DNA of 63,971 nt, filler included, from an uncultured Methanoregulaceae archaeon (GTDB lineage Archaea > Halobacteriota > Methanomicrobia > Methanomicrobiales > Methanospirillaceae), in assembly GCA_964530035.1 (NCBI GenBank). It is 4 parts of 4 records of this genome, joined end to end, with 100 filler letters (N's around TTAATTAATTAA, not from the genome) between each part and the next. Parts side by side here need not be neighbours in the genome. Positions count along the whole stretch, not along the records: positions 1 to 19,823 come from CAZGXZ010000026.1; positions 19,924 to 39,357 come from CAZGXZ010000027.1; 2 more parts are not named here. The stretch is one strand, 5' to 3'. The notes under the pieces are model-generated. The model made no database searches and had not been told where the DNA came from. It was given only the letters and a program-made list of their open reading frames with translations. Position numbers and translations under genes: made by a program. Numbering within the stretch: position 1 is the first letter of the stretch; the number at the start of each line of letters is the position of its first letter. Positions 10,050 to 20,679 of this stretch are shown piece after piece.

Positions 10050-11717
10050 ATGCTTTTTTCCGCGTTCACCGACCTTTGCGAGCGGCTTGAGGGCATATCA
10101 GGAAGGCTCGAGATGGTGGGAGTCCTTGCCGGGGTTCTGGCAGGGCTTCCCGATGATGAACTCCCGGTCTGTACCAGGTTCATCATGGGCAGGGTTTTCC
10201 CGGACTGGTCTCCGGAAAAACTCGGGATAGGTCCGAACCAGTTGTTCGATGCCATTGCATACGTCGCGGGTAAAAAACGTGCTGACGTGGTCAGCGAATT
10301 ATCTGCAACCGGTGATATCGGGCTCACTGCTGAAAAATGCGTGGCCTCGAAGGTCCAGACTTCATTCTTCACGGGAGAACTCGGTCTTCTTGAAGTCTAC
10401 GTCGATCTGTCACGGGTTGCGGCGGTTTCAGGGAAGGCGTCGCAGCGGGAGAAAGGACTCCTGCTCAGGAGGCTCTTCTCGGACGCCTCTCCACGGGAGG
10501 CCAGATACCTTGCACGGCTCGTCATGGGTGACATGAGGATTGGGATTGGAGAGGGAAACGTGCGGGACGCCATCATCCGTGCGTTTTCAGTAGACCCGGC
10601 CCTTGTCGAACATGCCTACCAGGCACTCAACGACCTCGGGGAGGTCGCCTTACTCGCCCGGAAGGGAGATGAAGCCCTCCGGGAGGTCAGGATACGTATA
10701 TTCCACCCGGTCAAGGCGATGCTCGCCCAACAGGGCTCGATACAGGGTGCGGTTGTCGAAAACGGTGAACTTGCAGCTGAGATCAAGTACGATGGCAGCC
10801 GGTTCCAGTTTCATAAGGAGGGGGAGAGGTGCCGGATATATTCCCGCAAGCTCGAGGACGTGACCTCCGCGATGCCCGATGTCATAAGGCTCCTGTCAGG
10901 AGCAACACGCCATGATGTCATCGTTGATGGAGAAGTCATCGCCGTCCGCGAAGGAAGGCCGCTCCCGTTCCAGACCGTCCTTCGGCGCTTCCGGAGAAAG
11001 TACGATATCGACGAAATGAAGGAGGAGGTCCAACTCGTGCCGGTTGTATTTGATATCCTGTACCTCGACGGCCAAACGCTTATCGACCTCCCGGTGACTG
11101 CCCGCAGAAAAGTGTTGGTTGATTCTTTTTCAGGTTTCGTCGCCCCCCAGCTGGTATCAGGCGAACCCAGAGAGATTGAACGCTTCTACCAGCAGGCGCT
11201 TGACGGAGGCCACGAGGGGATCATGCTCAAGGTCCTGCCATCTGCATATACCCCCGGTGTGAGAGGAAAGAACTGGCTCAAGATCAAGCCCGAGGTTGAC
11301 ACCCTAGACCTCGCGGTTGTGGGTGCTGACTGGGGGGAGGGAAAACGTGCCCATGTCTTTGGATCGTTTCACCTGGCATGCAGAAGGGACGGGGATTTCA
11401 TACCAATCTCCCGTGTTGCGACCGGGTTTTCCGACGAGCAGCTCGCCCTGCTGTATGACCTGCTGAAGGACACGGTGACTGGAGAGTCCGGGAAGGAAGT
11501 CCGGTTCGAACCGACCCTGGTGTTCGAGATAGGGTATGCTGAGATCCAGAAGAGCCCGAACTATGAAACGGGTTATGCCTTGAGGTTTCCCCGGTTCATC
11601 CGGGTACGGGAAGATAAGGACCCAAGAGACGCCGATACGCTTGGAGCAGTCCTGAGCCGGTACGAATATTCGGAAAAAAAGCGGCTGAACGGTTCAGGAC
11701 AGGTTCCCGGCCCGTAA
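10050..11717 (+). CDS. lig: ATP-dependent DNA ligase
   Basis: Motif [43 protein letters not shown]. Confidence 0.97.
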   Translation: MLFSAFTDLCERLEGISGRLEMVGVLAGVLAGLPDDELPVCTRFIMGRVFPDWSPEKLGIGPNQLFDAIAYVAGKKRADVVSELSATGDIGLTAEKCVASKVQTSFFTGELGLLEVYVDLSRVAAVSGKASQREKGLLLRRLFSDASPREARYLARLVMGDMRIGIGEGNVRDAIIRAFSVDPALVEHAYQALNDLGEVALLARKGDEALREVRIRIFHPVKAMLAQQGSIQGAVVENGELAAEIKYDGSRFQFHKEGERCRIYSRKLEDVTSAMPDVIRLLSGATRHDVIVDGEVIAVREGRPLPFQTVLRRFRRKYDIDEMKEEVQLVPVVFDILYLDGQTLIDLPVTARRKVLVDSFSGFVAPQLVSGEPREIERFYQQALDGGHEGIMLKVLPSAYTPGVRGKNWLKIKPEVDTLDLAVVGADWGEGKRAHVFGSFHLACRRDGDFIPISRVATGFSDEQLALLYDLLKDTVTGESGKEVRFEPTLVFEIGYAEIQKSPNYETGYALRFPRFIRVREDKDPRDADTLGAVLSRYEYSEKKRLNGSGQVPGP

Positions 11718-11784
11718 CCTGCATGGCGTCTCTTTATTGCCCCCCCGTGTGGCTCATGAAGAACCGAGCCCTATGGCATGGCTC

Positions 11785-12933
11785 TTACAAAAACGACGAC
11801 AGAAAGGTCTGGGTCCGTGCCTCGCCAAGAAGGTGCGATTGTCTCACCCATCCCTCGTAGGCAATTACCCTGCTCAGGGTGGAAACCGCTCCTTCAAGAT
11901 CCCCCTCCCAGATCTGCGGCCCGTCCATCGCATCTCTGACCGCCTCCCTGACGACCCAGGTACCGAGGGGTGCCCAGTACTCGCCGGTGACTGACCTGAC
12001 GAGGATGACCCTCGCGGTCCGCCTGACCCGTTCCAGGTACTCGAGCACAGCCAGCCTGGCAGCATAATAGGCGCCTGTTATGGGCGAATAACCCTGTTTT
12101 TTCATCCCTTCCCTGTCCGTGGTCACCGACTCATCCTCGCCGGCCCAGAGAGAGCCGGTACTCCACCGCTCCACCATCTCGAATTTCCAGTCGCCGGGCA
12201 TGAGCAGGACACCTATGTGGTTTCCGAAGAGGAGCGAAGAAAAAACCAATGTTTCGTCTACTGAGGGGTAGTTCCTGATGACTCCCTTGAGGACTGACCC
12301 CGCCATGTCGTCCACGGCAGTAATCGCCCAGCGCGTCGGGACAAGCCGTCTCCTCCTGCCGAGGAGACCGGCAGAAAGGAGGTCGGTGGTGCGGTACACA
12401 TCAATCCCTCCCTGCAGAAGTTCCCTGCAGGCGTCCCTGGCCCCGGCGTCGGTGTCGCCGGTTATCCGTTCAACAAGGGGTTCAACCGAAGGGTTGTCCA
12501 GGAGGTCAAGGCGCCTGACCTCACCCGAGAGGCCGGTCGGGGTGATGATGCCGTCGAAGCTGAGTTTATGGAGAACAGGCCGTGAAAACGTAGCTTCTAC
12601 CTCGAGTGGCCTGGATGACAGTGCTATCTCTTCCAGGAGAGGGTGCGGGGATGGTGACCTGTTCATGCCCCTGATTGTGGAAGCCCTGATGGAGACGATA
12701 TCCCCGATGGTAAGGTGGTTCTCCAGCCAGAGCGGGGGAGACCCATGGTCAGGGGTGAAAAGGGGGCCTGAAAAAACCGCGGGATACCCTGCACTCCCGA
12801 CAAATACCGACGGAGACGTCCCCCGGTACCCGGTGACCCCGGACTGCCTGCCCTGCTCCATGAACCGTTCCGTTATCGGGCAGGTGCGAAGGCCGCAGAG
12901 CCCCTTTCCCTTGCAGGCAGCACACCGGTTCAT
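11785..12933 (-). CDS. nreA: Archaeal DNA repair protein NreA (DUF650/DUF651)
   Basis: N-terminal CAACKGKGLCG...CP, SPSVFVGSAGYP, LVPTRWAITAVDD, GAYYAARLAVLEYL, YWAPLGTWVVRE; C-terminal PIP-box-like QTFLSSF. Start ATG 12933 overlaps the upstream stop. Confidence 0.88.
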   Translation of the reverse strand: MNRCAACKGKGLCGLRTCPITERFMEQGRQSGVTGYRGTSPSVFVGSAGYPAVFSGPLFTPDHGSPPLWLENHLTIGDIVSIRASTIRGMNRSPSPHPLLEEIALSSRPLEVEATFSRPVLHKLSFDGIITPTGLSGEVRRLDLLDNPSVEPLVERITGDTDAGARDACRELLQGGIDVYRTTDLLSAGLLGRRRRLVPTRWAITAVDDMAGSVLKGVIRNYPSVDETLVFSSLLFGNHIGVLLMPGDWKFEMVERWSTGSLWAGEDESVTTDREGMKKQGYSPITGAYYAARLAVLEYLERVRRTARVILVRSVTGEYWAPLGTWVVREAVRDAMDGPQIWEGDLEGAVSTLSRVIAYEGWVRQSHLLGEARTQTFLSSFL

Positions 12934-13967
12934 TCCTGTCCCGGGACAACTATCCTGACCCTTTCTTTGAAATGATGAATTATTCGTGTCTTCCACCCCT
13001 CGAACGTCCGGGTGGTACCGTCCACGAGTGATGCCGCTTCCTTTCCGAACTCATCGTCACGTCCGTCAAGCGGCATCAGGATGACTGAACCAGGGTAATA
13101 CTCAGCACGGACGAGACCATCCCCGTCACCGTCCGCGACCCCTATGACCGGCAGGGAAAGGTGCATGCCGATATGGCCGCAGGCTGCTGTAGTGTCATCA
13201 CCAATTGCGAGGATCCCGCACGTGTCCTGCGCCAGGTATTCGTATACCCGGTGCCCGCAGTGATCAATGACGAGAATGCTCCCTGTCCTTTCAGACTCGG
13301 AAATCCCGCATGGAACCGGTGATTTACTGCGTATCATGCCACTTTTACACCATGCGCCCCGGAGGTCAGCATCCCCCTGTGCATGCAGCTTCTCGAAACC
13401 ATGGGGTTTTAGGTCGAGACCTGATACAGGGACTATGATACCGTCCCTGACGTCGAGTGACACTGCTTCAGATGTCGCGCGCCCGATGACCACCCCGTTG
13501 ACAAGGACCGGCTCTCCCGGAATACACCCCCGTATCACCCTTCCCGTGCCTCCCGGTGGCATCATCGTGGTTTCATGGGTAACCGTGAATCCGATCTTCC
13601 GGGCAACGGATCGCACCCTCTCATCGTCCGGCTGGTTCCAGGACCTGACCACCTTGTCCGAGCATTCGACATGAACCAGGTGCCGGCTGCCGAGCCTTTG
13701 TGCAACGAGGTTTCCGAACCACCAGCCGGAAAAGGGTGTCTTGCCGTGATTGACGAGCAGCGCCTCCCCGCTGATGTCAAGGAGTACCCTGCTCGGAGGC
13801 CGGGGGTCGTGCCTGAAGGGCATCCCGGACTCCTCGGCTGCTGTACGGCCCATTACCCCGGCTACCACAATCTCATCGGCACCGATGCGGGATGCAAGGT
13901 ACGAAACGTCCCCCTCGTCAAAGGGCTGCGGTCCGTGCACGACCATGACCGACCGGTCAGACTTCAT
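12930..13967 (-). CDS. DUF2117 family protein (methanogen-associated, function unknown)
   Basis: VVHGPQPFDEG, GVMGRTAAEESG, NHGKT, PGEPVLVNGVVIG, IGDDTT, DGDGD, DDEFG. Confidence 0.8.
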   Translation of the reverse strand: MKSDRSVMVVHGPQPFDEGDVSYLASRIGADEIVVAGVMGRTAAEESGMPFRHDPRPPSRVLLDISGEALLVNHGKTPFSGWWFGNLVAQRLGSRHLVHVECSDKVVRSWNQPDDERVRSVARKIGFTVTHETTMMPPGGTGRVIRGCIPGEPVLVNGVVIGRATSEAVSLDVRDGIIVPVSGLDLKPHGFEKLHAQGDADLRGAWCKSGMIRSKSPVPCGISESERTGSILVIDHCGHRVYEYLAQDTCGILAIGDDTTAACGHIGMHLSLPVIGVADGDGDGLVRAEYYPGSVILMPLDGRDDEFGKEAASLVDGTTRTFEGWKTRIIHHFKERVRIVVPGQE

Positions 13968-13983
13968 ATTTCCAACGACCGGG

Positions 13984-15330
13984 TCAGACCCGGTTGTAGA
14001 TGTCGCTGACCCGTGTTATATCGTCCTCCTCGAGGTACTCCCCTATCTGGACTTCTATCACTTCCAGGGGGATCCTGCCCGAGTTTCCGAGGCTGTGGGT
14101 GATACCTGCCGGGACAAAGGTGCTCTGTCCCTTACTCAGCTTAATTACCTTCCCGTCAAGTTCGACATCTGCCATGCCAGACACAACAACCCAGTGTTCG
14201 CTCCGGTGGTGGTGATACTGGACGGAGAGCTTTTCCCCCGGCTTGACTGTGACCCGCTTGATACGGTATGAACCTGACCTCTCAAGGTCAACATAGCTTC
14301 CCCAGGGCCTGTGGACCTCGAGGTGGTAGTCTGCAAGCGGGTTTTTCTCCTCCTTCATTTTTTTAACAAGCAGGTTCACCCGTTCCGTCTGGTCCGAGTC
14401 ACAGAGGAGGAGGGCATCCCCCGTGTCGACGACGACCAGGTCATTCACTCCTATCAGGGCAGTTTTTTTTCTGCCGGTGATAACGAGGTTATTCTTCGAG
14501 TCTATGAACTCGGCATTGCCCACGTTTCCCTGGGCATCATGGGATTTGATGCCATACCATGCCTTGAAGGTCCCCAGGTCGGTCCAGGATGCGGATAGCG
14601 GGACGACCGCGACGCGGTCTGATTTCTCAAGGAGACCGTAGTCCACGGAGATTGCCGGCAGTTTCCCAAAGTCAGCTGCCGTGAAGGGTTCGGCGAAATC
14701 AGGCTGGTATTTTTTCAGTTCGGAAAAAAAGACCCCGGTTGAGAAGAGAAACATCCCGCTGTTCCAGAGATATCCCTTTCTCATGTATTCCGCGGCAGTT
14801 GGCTCATCCGGCTTTTCCCTGAATTCCCTGACGACAAAACCGTTTTGTACGGGAGATCCCGGAGCGATGTACCCATATCCCGTATTCGGATAAGTGGGGG
14901 TGATCCCGAAGGTAACAAGGTAATCTTCTGCCAGCGGCGCTGCCCGGGCTATCTCGCTCATTGCAGAACTGTCGAGGGAATGGTCGCTTGGAAAGATTCC
15001 TACGGTTCCCTGGCCGTGATTTTTCTTGACCTCGTGCATTGCCCAGGAAATTGCCGGCAGGGTGTTCTTTCCTTCAGGTTCCCTCAGGATCTGACGGTCT
15101 TCGATGGAAAAACCCATCTGCTCGATTTGGTTCCTGACAAGGTACTGATGGACTTCATTCGTCACGATATAAACTTCAGAAGGTTTGGACAGGAGGGTCG
15201 CCCTCCTGAATGTCTCCTGGAAAAGTGACGGACCGTCCTGTTCCAGGAACTGCTTTGGATAGTATGTCCTGGAGAGTGGCCAGAGGCGGGTGCCGACTCC
15301 CCCAGCCAGGATAACCGAGATGATAGCCAT
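13984..15330 (-). CDS. manC: Mannose-1-phosphate guanylyltransferase / mannose-6-phosphate isomerase
   Basis: VILAGGVGTRLWPLSRTYYPKQF, EPEGKNT, PSDH, TGYGYI, FREKP, WNSGMF; C-terminal cupin RPWG...QYHHHRSEHWVVV...EDDI. Confidence 0.95.
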   Translation of the reverse strand: MAIISVILAGGVGTRLWPLSRTYYPKQFLEQDGPSLFQETFRRATLLSKPSEVYIVTNEVHQYLVRNQIEQMGFSIEDRQILREPEGKNTLPAISWAMHEVKKNHGQGTVGIFPSDHSLDSSAMSEIARAAPLAEDYLVTFGITPTYPNTGYGYIAPGSPVQNGFVVREFREKPDEPTAAEYMRKGYLWNSGMFLFSTGVFFSELKKYQPDFAEPFTAADFGKLPAISVDYGLLEKSDRVAVVPLSASWTDLGTFKAWYGIKSHDAQGNVGNAEFIDSKNNLVITGRKKTALIGVNDLVVVDTGDALLLCDSDQTERVNLLVKKMKEEKNPLADYHLEVHRPWGSYVDLERSGSYRIKRVTVKPGEKLSVQYHHHRSEHWVVVSGMADVELDGKVIKLSKGQSTFVPAGITHSLGNSGRIPLEVIEVQIGEYLEEDDITRVSDIYNRV

Positions 15331-15646
15331 GGTCCACCTATAGGAGGGTTTGGGCTTTTTTGGAGATATGCCTATGTTATTCACGCCCGGGCTCTCCGTC
15401 ACCCGCGGCCTGCCCGATCCTCATGGTGTGACACGGCCCTTTGTCGTCTATGCCATGGAACTGCCTGGCCCATGCTGGTGGAAGAACGATAAAAAGGACG
15501 GAATAACAACACGAACCAGGGGAGGAAGACCCGGACTCCGGTAATCAGGTTTCCAAATGCTTCCTTTGGGGACCGGAAGGGACCACGAGGGTCACGACGG
15601 TGACCTTGATAGGGCAAAACGCCCTAATCGTTATCGGATTTACCCG

Positions 15647-16453
15647 ATGAAAATTGCCATTTCCGGAAAAGGGGGGACTGGGAAAACCTTCGTAGCCGGT
15701 TCACTCGCACGAGCCTTTTCAGAGGACGGCTACCGGACCCTGGCGCTTGATGCAGATACTTCACCGAACCTGGGGCTCACCCTTGGGATAAGCCCGGATG
15801 AACTCAGGGCGGTTACCCCTCTTTCCGAGAACCGTGACATGATCGGGGCAAAGACCGGGACTGATTACCCGGGTGTGTACCGACTCAGTTTTGAGGTTGA
15901 CGATATCGTCAGGGACGCGGTCATCCCAACTCCGGCAGGCCCAGGCCTCATTGTCATGGGAACGGTCCGATCAATGGGAGGCGGCTGTGCCTGCCCGGCG
16001 CATTCCCTGGTGCGGGAGGTGATGCGCCACCTCATCGTGGACCGGACCGAGGTTATCATCATGGACATGGAGGCGGGTGTCGAGCACCTCGGGAGGGGTA
16101 CGGCGGGAAGCGTCGACATGATGCTGGTGATAACCGACGCCACAGTGCGTGCTCTGGATGCTGCACGTTCCATTGTCAGCCTGGCAAGACAGGGTGGCAT
16201 ACCGAGGCTCGGCCTTGTCGGGAACAGGGTCCGTGATCTGCACCAGGAGGATATCATCAGGGCTGCCGCCAGGAGGATGGCGATTCCGGTGGATGGGATG
16301 ATCCCCTATGATCAGGCGGTGGCCGATGCAGAGGTCGACAGCCCGGCGACCTCTGTACTCCACGATTCACCCTCCAGGAAAGAGATTGACAGGATTAAGA
16401 AACGGATCCTTGACAGGCGTTTGGATGACGAACGGATGGTTGCAGGAGGCTGA
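15647..16453 (+). CDS. cooC: CooC/AcsF-family nickel-insertion ATPase (CODH maturation), copy 1
   Basis: MKIAISGKGGTGKT, DAD..PNL, GGGCACP, DMEAGVEHLGRGT; lies upstream of cdhA. Confidence 0.92.
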   Translation: MKIAISGKGGTGKTFVAGSLARAFSEDGYRTLALDADTSPNLGLTLGISPDELRAVTPLSENRDMIGAKTGTDYPGVYRLSFEVDDIVRDAVIPTPAGPGLIVMGTVRSMGGGCACPAHSLVREVMRHLIVDRTEVIIMDMEAGVEHLGRGTAGSVDMMLVITDATVRALDAARSIVSLARQGGIPRLGLVGNRVRDLHQEDIIRAAARRMAIPVDGMIPYDQAVADAEVDSPATSVLHDSPSRKEIDRIKKRILDRRLDDERMVAGG

Positions 16454-16456
16454 TGT

Positions 16457-17230
16457 ATGGAAACAGCAAAGACCCTCGTTACCATGGGAAGAGGCGGAAC
16501 GGGAAAGACAACGTTCGTCGCGCTGACGGCACAGTGCCTGATATCCGAAGGGCTCACCCCCCTCCTCCTCGTTGACCTTGACCCTGACCAGAGCCTTGGC
16601 GAGATGGTGGGAACAGACCTCCATGAACATGGGAAGCGCTCCATATCCGATATCGTCGGCGAGACATTCCTTGAACGCGGGGGGACGCTGTCAGGGGTCC
16701 CTCCCTCGGAGCGGATCGAGAGGGAGATCTGGGCCCGGGGGATGTACGAGGGAAGTGACTTCGATTTCATAGCGATAGGAACGAAATGGGTAGAGGGCTG
16801 CTACTGCCTGCCGGACGCCGCGGTGAAGCGGGCCCTGGCTGCCGTTTCCAAACAATACCGGTTTGTTCTCATCGATGCCCCCGCCGGCCTTGAACATCTC
16901 AACCGCAAGGTGACCACCTGGGTGGATGACATCTTCGACATCGTCGGGCCTTCCAAGAAATCACTTGACCATGTCCGGAGAGCATACCACCTGACACAAG
17001 AGCTTGGCATCCGGTATCGCCACTTTTATACGGTCGGAGGGTATGCCTTTCCCCGTCAGCTCGAAGGTATTGTCCGGGATGTCGAAGGGACGACCTACCT
17101 GGGGGCGATAGCCCCGGACCCGTCCGTAATGGATGCGGTGATAAACGGCAGGTCAATCCTCGGGCTGCCTAAGGATACGCCGGCGGCCAGGTCGGTCCAT
17201 GAACTCATGCAACGGGCCGGCTATCTCTGA
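16457..17230 (+). CDS. cooC: CooC/AcsF-family ATPase, copy 2
   Basis: GRGGTGKTT, DLDPDQSL, EGCYC, DAPAGLEHLNRK. Confidence 0.85.
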   Translation: METAKTLVTMGRGGTGKTTFVALTAQCLISEGLTPLLLVDLDPDQSLGEMVGTDLHEHGKRSISDIVGETFLERGGTLSGVPPSERIEREIWARGMYEGSDFDFIAIGTKWVEGCYCLPDAAVKRALAAVSKQYRFVLIDAPAGLEHLNRKVTTWVDDIFDIVGPSKKSLDHVRRAYHLTQELGIRYRHFYTVGGYAFPRQLEGIVRDVEGTTYLGAIAPDPSVMDAVINGRSILGLPKDTPAARSVHELMQRAGYL

Positions 17231-17355
17231 ATCGGGAAGGGGGCTTCTGTAATTTTTTTATCCATCTTTACGCGCACCTGCCGGGGGTAGCGGGTCATCC
17301 CGGAAGGAAACCTTTAGATGGTCTCCTTGGTACGTTATGATGGCAAAAGCGGGTC

Positions 17356-19734
17356 GTGGTTCTACTGGACAGGAATACTGTTTATCTTGAAGTTCAGGAG
17401 GTGGAAACCGATGCTGCAAGGATTAAGGACCTGCGCGTAACGATTGGATCCATCAGAGGCCTCACTCCTGCCGTTCCCCGCGGGCCGATGCCCATGCCTG
17501 GCCTAGGAACACTCAGAAGGTGGGACCATAGACTGCTCTCCCGGTACAGGCCTTTTTACATGCCTTTTTGCGAGCTCTGCTGTCTATGTACATTCGGGAA
17601 GTGCGACCTTTCAGGCGGACGGAAGGGTGCATGCGGAATCACCATGGATGCGCAGCAGTCCCGTATCGTCCTCCTTGCGTGCTGCATCGGTGCCGCGACA
17701 CACACCGGACATGCAAGGGAGATCCTGGACCATGTGGTTTCCCGGTTCGGGGAAGGTCACCCGCTTGATACAGGCGGCACCCAGATAGATATAACTGCGC
17801 CCATTACCCGCCTGGTATGTGGTTTTACACCTCGGACCGTCGGGGACCTGGACCGTGCCCTGCGGTACGCAGAAAACCAGATCACCCAGCTGCTTGCTGC
17901 AACCCATACCGGCCAGGAAGGCAATTGCCTTGACCTCGAGTCAAAGGTATTCCATGCAGGCATGGTCGACCATCTTGGGATGGAAATCGCTGACATCACC
18001 CAGGTATCATCGTACCCGTTTCCCAGGGCCGACGCCGATGCACCCCTGGTCGATCTCGGCATGGCATCGGTCGATACGAACAAGCCCGTCATACTGGTTG
18101 TCGGCCACAACGTGGTCCCTTCAGTCGGGATCCTTGAGTATGCACGGAAGAATGACCTCTCGGAATCCATCGAAGTCACCGGGATTTGCTGCACGGCTCT
18201 CGACCTGACGCGTTACAGTGAAAAAGCCAAGATCATCGGCCCGATCTCGTGGCAGCTCAGATATATCCGGAGCGGCATACCATCAGTTGTCGTGGTCGAC
18301 GAGCAGTGCGTCAGGACCGACCTCCCTGATGAGTGCCGTGCGGTCCGGGCACCTGTCATCGCCACCAGCGATAAAAACGCTCTCGGACTCCCTGACCGGA
18401 CGGGAGACCCTGCCGATGAGATCGTCGAAGACCTTGTATCAGGAAGGGTTCCCGGAGTGTTCCTGCATGACCCGGACCTCGTCGGAGAAGTGGCAGTAAA
18501 AACAGCAAAATATATTTTTGAGAGGAGAAAAGGCGTTACAGCCATACCCCCGTGTGAGGAGGTAGCAGCCGCTGCGGGGAAGTGCACCCATTGCTCCTTC
18601 TGCCAGCGGGCATGCCCCGTGGAACTGCCGCTCGTCGAGGTCATCCGGGAGGCTGGGACGGGCAATACCGGGGCCCTTGCCTCTCTCTATGACCTCTGTA
18701 TCGGCTGCGGGCGTTGCGAGTCGGCATGCCCGCGAGGGCTTCCACTGCACTCCTTCATAATATCTGCGTCCGGTGAACGGGTCAGGGACGAAAAGTTCAG
18801 CGTCCGCTCAGGGAGGGGGGCGATCTCCGATGTTGAGATACGCGAGGTCGGAGGTCCCATCGTCCTTGGAGAGATCCCTGGCATCGTCGCCTTTGTGGGG
18901 TGTTCCAATTTTCCCAGGGGAGGGTCGGAACTGGCAGCCATGTGCCGGGAGTTCGCACGCCGGCGTTTCATCGTCTGCACCTCGGGCTGTGCCGCGATTA
19001 CTGCGGGACTGTACAGGAATGAGGAGGGAAAAACCCTCTATGAGGAGTTTTCAGGGAGGTTTGAAGCCGGCGGGGTCCTCAACGTTGGTTCATGCGTCTC
19101 CAACGCGCATATCTCCGGAGCGGCGATCAAGATCGCAGCAATCTTTGCAAAGCGGGAACTTGATGGCAACTACGAGGAGATTGCAGATTACGTCCATAAC
19201 CGGGTGGGAGCGGTCGGTGTGGCCTGGGGCGCGATGTCTCAGAAAGCTGCGGCGATTGCAAGCGGTTTCTGGCGGCTCGGTATACCGGTGATCGTCGGAC
19301 CGCATGGATCGAAGTACCGGCGCATGCTCCTCGGGCGGGCCGACCATCCCGATGACTGGAAGGTGAACGACGCCCGTACCGGTAAGGAGGTCTTCACCGG
19401 GCCGGTCCCGGAACACCTCTTTGTCGCGGCTGAGACCGCTGAGGAGGCGATGGTCCTGGTCGCAAAACTCTCCATGAGGCCGAATGACACGACCCGCGGG
19501 AGATCCATCAAGTGTACGCATTACATCGACCTGTACAGACGGTTGTACGGGATCCTGCCGGAGGATATCCACCTGTTCATCAGGAACCCGGCCGATGTAC
19601 CTCTGACATTCAAGGACGAGATATGGGCCCACCTGGAAGCACACGACTGGAAGGAACAACCGGTCCCCGACCCGACCCTGCTCGAACCCAAGGGACGCCA
19701 GGTGAAGGGAGGCGAACGAAGTGACACGCCATGA
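17356..19734 (+). CDS. cdhA: Acetyl-CoA decarbonylase/synthase (CODH) alpha subunit
   Basis: CELCCLCTFGKCDL...GACG, GHN, GICCT, VDEQC, two ferredoxin motifs (CTHCSFCQRACP, CIGCGRCESACP), GCSN, GSCVSNAH, WGAMSQKAAAIA. Confidence 0.96.
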   Translation: MVLLDRNTVYLEVQEVETDAARIKDLRVTIGSIRGLTPAVPRGPMPMPGLGTLRRWDHRLLSRYRPFYMPFCELCCLCTFGKCDLSGGRKGACGITMDAQQSRIVLLACCIGAATHTGHAREILDHVVSRFGEGHPLDTGGTQIDITAPITRLVCGFTPRTVGDLDRALRYAENQITQLLAATHTGQEGNCLDLESKVFHAGMVDHLGMEIADITQVSSYPFPRADADAPLVDLGMASVDTNKPVILVVGHNVVPSVGILEYARKNDLSESIEVTGICCTALDLTRYSEKAKIIGPISWQLRYIRSGIPSVVVVDEQCVRTDLPDECRAVRAPVIATSDKNALGLPDRTGDPADEIVEDLVSGRVPGVFLHDPDLVGEVAVKTAKYIFERRKGVTAIPPCEEVAAAAGKCTHCSFCQRACPVELPLVEVIREAGTGNTGALASLYDLCIGCGRCESACPRGLPLHSFIISASGERVRDEKFSVRSGRGAISDVEIREVGGPIVLGEIPGIVAFVGCSNFPRGGSELAAMCREFARRRFIVCTSGCAAITAGLYRNEEGKTLYEEFSGRFEAGGVLNVGSCVSNAHISGAAIKIAAIFAKRELDGNYEEIADYVHNRVGAVGVAWGAMSQKAAAIASGFWRLGIPVIVGPHGSKYRRMLLGRADHPDDWKVNDARTGKEVFTGPVPEHLFVAAETAEEAMVLVAKLSMRPNDTTRGRSIKCTHYIDLYRRLYGILPEDIHLFIRNPADVPLTFKDEIWAHLEAHDWKEQPVPDPTLLEPKGRQVKGGERSDTP

Positions 19735-19823
19735 TCCCTGGCAGACCGCTGAGACCTGCGGGACAAGGCCGGCAGGCATCATCAGGAACTCTCAGGTCCT
19801 TGCTGCACTCCTGAAAAAGGCAC
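19721..19823 (+). CDS. cdhB: ACDS epsilon subunit, 5' fragment truncated by the contig end
   Basis: Manual translation from GTG 19721 (GGAGG RBS upstream): MTRHDPWQTAETCGTRPAGIIRNSQVLAALLKKA. Matches the CdhB N-terminus pattern PWQTAE...A.LLKKA and overlaps the cdhA stop. Confidence 0.75.
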
Positions 19824-19923
19824 NNNNNNNNNNNNNNNNNNNNNNNNNNNNNNNNNNNNNNNNNNNNTTAATTAATTAANNNNNNNNNNNNNNNNNNNNN
19901 NNNNNNNNNNNNNNNNNNNNNNN
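19824..19923. other. Artificial contig-joining linker
   Basis: 44 N + TTAATTAATTAA (stops in all six frames) + 44 N; the genes on both sides are truncated. Confidence 0.97.
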
Positions 19924-20403
19924 AAGCGCCTTGTCGTAGAATGTCAGGGCGTCGTTGTACTTCCCGAGTCCCTGGAGTGCCTTCGCCTTGCCGTAATAGG
20001 CAAGATAGGCATACTCGGGGTAGATCTTCACCGCCTCGTCGTAGGCCGTGATCGCCTCGTCGTACCTCTTGAGCCCGTACAGGGCGTTACCCTTCTCGTA
20101 CATGGCCTTGCCGTAGTTGGGGCTGATCGACAGGGCGGTGTCGAAGGCGGGGAGGGCACTTTCATACTCCTTCATCCCGTTGTAGGCGAAGCCTATCCCG
20201 GCCCAGGCCCTCGCCTGCTTCGGGTCGGCGGCGATCGAACCGTTGAAGGCAAGGATGGCCTCCTGGTACTTCCCCTGGTCGAGGAGTTCATTTCCCTTGG
20301 CAAGGAGGTTCCCTGCAGACTCTGCGGTCACGGAAACAGGCAAAAGGCAGGCCAGCACAAGACCTGCGGTCAGGATAATCAGGAGATACGGTCTCATTCC
20401 CAT
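19924..20403 (-). CDS. Secreted or membrane-anchored TPR protein, 3' truncated
   Basis: Signal peptide MRPYLLIILTAGLVLACLLPVSVTA followed by canonical TPRs (AWAGIGFAYNGMKEYESALPAFDTALSISP; AMYEKGNALYGLKRYDEAITAYDEAVKIYP). Confidence 0.88.
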
Positions 20404-20679
20404 CAGCTCCCCTCCCGGGCCAGCCGGCAGGGTGATGATGAGTAGTAGAGAGCACCTTTATATGAGCCTTTCCCGCCCCGGCAGGGTGGTCGAAATTCCT
20501 CCAGGATCCGCAGGACCCGGGACCGCTGTCCCCGATACGCATCAGAAAGTCCCCCGTACCTCCGGTCCCTTCCTTTCCGAACTGAACTCATCGGATTCTG
20601 GCGTTATCAGGCAGGCAGGCCCATAACCTTACCTTTTTATTGGAGGACAGCGTTTCCTGCATAGAGTAAGAACCGATCC

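Noticed and set aside
19868..19879. TTAATTAATTAA palindrome occurring three times (also near 39402 and 58933)
   Set aside because: It is always centred in 44+44 N, so it is a six-frame-stop assembly spacer, not biology.
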